Below are positions 36,681 through 38,420 of a stretch of 38,420 nucleotides of DNA, piece by piece. The position numbers and the translations under genes are program-made. Numbering within the stretch: position 1 is the stretch's first letter; each line of letters begins with the position of its first letter. This DNA comes from Candidatus Zixiibacteriota bacterium. GTDB taxonomy: Bacteria > Zixibacteria > MSB-5A5 > GN15 > FEB-12. A model generated the notes under the pieces. It had not been told where the DNA came from and did no database searches. It saw only the letters and a program-made list of their open reading frames with translations. The stretch spans positions 1 through 38,420 of the forward strand of contig JAYEIF010000208.1 in assembly GCA_034659895.1 (NCBI GenBank), in the 5' to 3' direction.

Positions 36681-38381
36681 ATGATAACAGATCTTGGGGC
36701 AATGCTGGTCAAAGCTGGTAAAGTTACGCCAGAACAGGTTGAGGAAGCTGAGACTACTGCCAAGCAACAAAATATCAAGATTGAAGCAGCTCTTGTACGT
36801 GTAGGAGCATTTGAATCTGAAGATGATATTTCCAAGATAATTGGAAAACAGCTCAAAATTGGTACGTTGCACCTTAAAGATATTGAGCTCAATCCTGAAA
36901 TAGTCAAGCTTATTCCCGTTGATATCGCCCGCAAATTCAAAGTTATTGCTGTTTCCAAACTAAACAAGATTCTTCTCGTCGCTATAAGTGACCCCAATAA
37001 TATATATGTACTTGATGCCGTGAAGTTCATTACCGGCTGTACAGTGCAACCGGTCATCTCCCCCGTGTCGGCAATCGAGAAAGCTATTGACACTTATTAT
37101 ACTGATAGCGGAGCACTTTCAGAGATTGTTAAGGGGATGGAGGATCAAGATGATCTCGAAGTCGTTGAGGCTGAAGATTTGCCCAACGAAAGCGACTTAA
37201 TGTCGGCGATACAGGACAAGCCATTAGTAAAGTTGGTGGACTCTATTATTGCTGATGCAATACGAATGGGTTCCTCCGACATTCATTTCGAGATGTATGA
37301 GAAACGCATTCGAGTACGTTACCGCATTGATGGTGACCTGCGTGAGATGGCGCCATTGCCTTTCAAATATAGGGGAGCAATTGTCTCGCGCTTGAAAATC
37401 ATGGCTGATCTCGATATTTCCGAACGTCGTTTGCCACAAGATGGACGCATAAAGATTAAAATCTCTGGGAGGACTGTCGATCTGCGTGTTTCGGTGCTAC
37501 CGACAATTTTTGGCGAGAAGGTGGTTATGCGAATTCTGGATCCGAACGCTCTTATGGTCGATATGACAAAACTCGGTTTCCGTAAGAATGATCTCAATAA
37601 ATTTCAGGAAGCTATCCATCTGCCTTTTGGAATCATTCTTGTGACCGGTCCTACTGGATCAGGTAAAACCACTACGCTATATTCAGCTCTTAAGCAGATA
37701 AATACAATAGATGTAAATATTATGACCGCAGAAGATCCGGTAGAATTCAACTTTGATGGCATAAATCAGGTAGCAGTAAAATCAAACATTGGTATGACTT
37801 TTGCTGCTGCGCTGCGATCGTTTCTGCGACAAGACCCTGATATCATCATGGTGGGTGAGATTCGAGATACGGAGACTGCCGAGATAGCTATCCGCGCCGC
37901 ATTGACAGGCCACCTTGTTTTTTCAACACTTCACACTAATGATGCTCCTTCAGCGATCAACCGCCTTATCGATATGGGAGTGCCGGGCTATCTGGTGGCA
38001 TCGGCTACAAAGTTGATTATGGCTCAGCGTATGTGCCGTAAGATATGCCAGTCATGCAAGGAAGAAATAAATCTTACAGCGGAGCAAGTCGAGAGTCTTG
38101 GGGAACTTCCAAAAGAACTAAAGCGCAATATACGAGCTTTCAAAGGTCGTGGCTGTCGTGAATGTAATAATACCGGCAAGTCTGGTCGAACAGGTATTTT
38201 TGAAGTCATGCCGATCACACACGCTATAGAAAACCTGATTTTTGAGAGAGCGACAGATTCTGAGATCCGACGAGTAGCTCTCGAAGAAGGTATGTATAGC
38301 CTTCGTATGAGTGCCATTGAGAAAATGAAGGCTGGTATTATAAGTATTGATGAGGTCTTCGCCGTATCTTTTGGTGCATAG
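36681..38381 (+). CDS. pilB: Type IV pilus assembly ATPase PilB (GspE family)
   Basis: SDIHFE, ERRLPQDG, GPTGSGKTTT, TAEDPVE, LRQDPD..MVGEIRD, GHLVFSTLH, CxxC...CxxC zinc motif. Confidence 0.92.
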   Translation: MITDLGAMLVKAGKVTPEQVEEAETTAKQQNIKIEAALVRVGAFESEDDISKIIGKQLKIGTLHLKDIELNPEIVKLIPVDIARKFKVIAVSKLNKILLVAISDPNNIYVLDAVKFITGCTVQPVISPVSAIEKAIDTYYTDSGALSEIVKGMEDQDDLEVVEAEDLPNESDLMSAIQDKPLVKLVDSIIADAIRMGSSDIHFEMYEKRIRVRYRIDGDLREMAPLPFKYRGAIVSRLKIMADLDISERRLPQDGRIKIKISGRTVDLRVSVLPTIFGEKVVMRILDPNALMVDMTKLGFRKNDLNKFQEAIHLPFGIILVTGPTGSGKTTTLYSALKQINTIDVNIMTAEDPVEFNFDGINQVAVKSNIGMTFAAALRSFLRQDPDIIMVGEIRDTETAEIAIRAALTGHLVFSTLHTNDAPSAINRLIDMGVPGYLVASATKLIMAQRMCRKICQSCKEEINLTAEQVESLGELPKELKRNIRAFKGRGCRECNNTGKSGRTGIFEVMPITHAIENLIFERATDSEIRRVALEEGMYSLRMSAIEKMKAGIISIDEVFAVSFGA

Positions 38382-38420
38382 AATAGTTTAGTTTCCTACA
38401 AAAACTCTGTTGTATATTTA

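Overview
38.4 kb of bacterial chromosome, almost all on the + strand, with no mobile element or CRISPR array seen. The gene mix (flagella, type IV pili, PorV-family barrel, FlgD-Ig/T9SS-like C-terminal domain) suggests a diderm FCB-group organism, possibly Zixibacteria-like; this is inference only. Order: 3' end of flagellin, fliD, fliS, flgN-like, flgM, HDOD; tRNA-Val(GAC), thrS, infC, rpmI, rplT, pheS, pheT, zapB-like, zapA, rny, ymdB-like, folD; a 1230-aa exported protein coupled to a PorV-TPR fusion; a membrane sensor fusing an RsbW-type kinase to a PP2C phosphatase; a minus-strand pair (small Cys-rich protein plus catalytically degenerate archaemetzincin); START protein, rpsT, murJ, comEC; and an expanded MglA/MglB locus ending in pilB. 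The best candidate for an undescribed system is that last locus (31072-38381): a DUF4388 protein, four different roadblock-domain proteins (TPR-fused, membrane-anchored, stand-alone, canonical MglB) and an MglA GTPase with a long low-complexity tail ending in a MinD-type membrane-targeting helix, behind a sigma28-like promoter. Tandem arrays of tiny palindromes also sit on the translation starts of thrS and zapA. All domain calls are by motif recognition; no searches were run.
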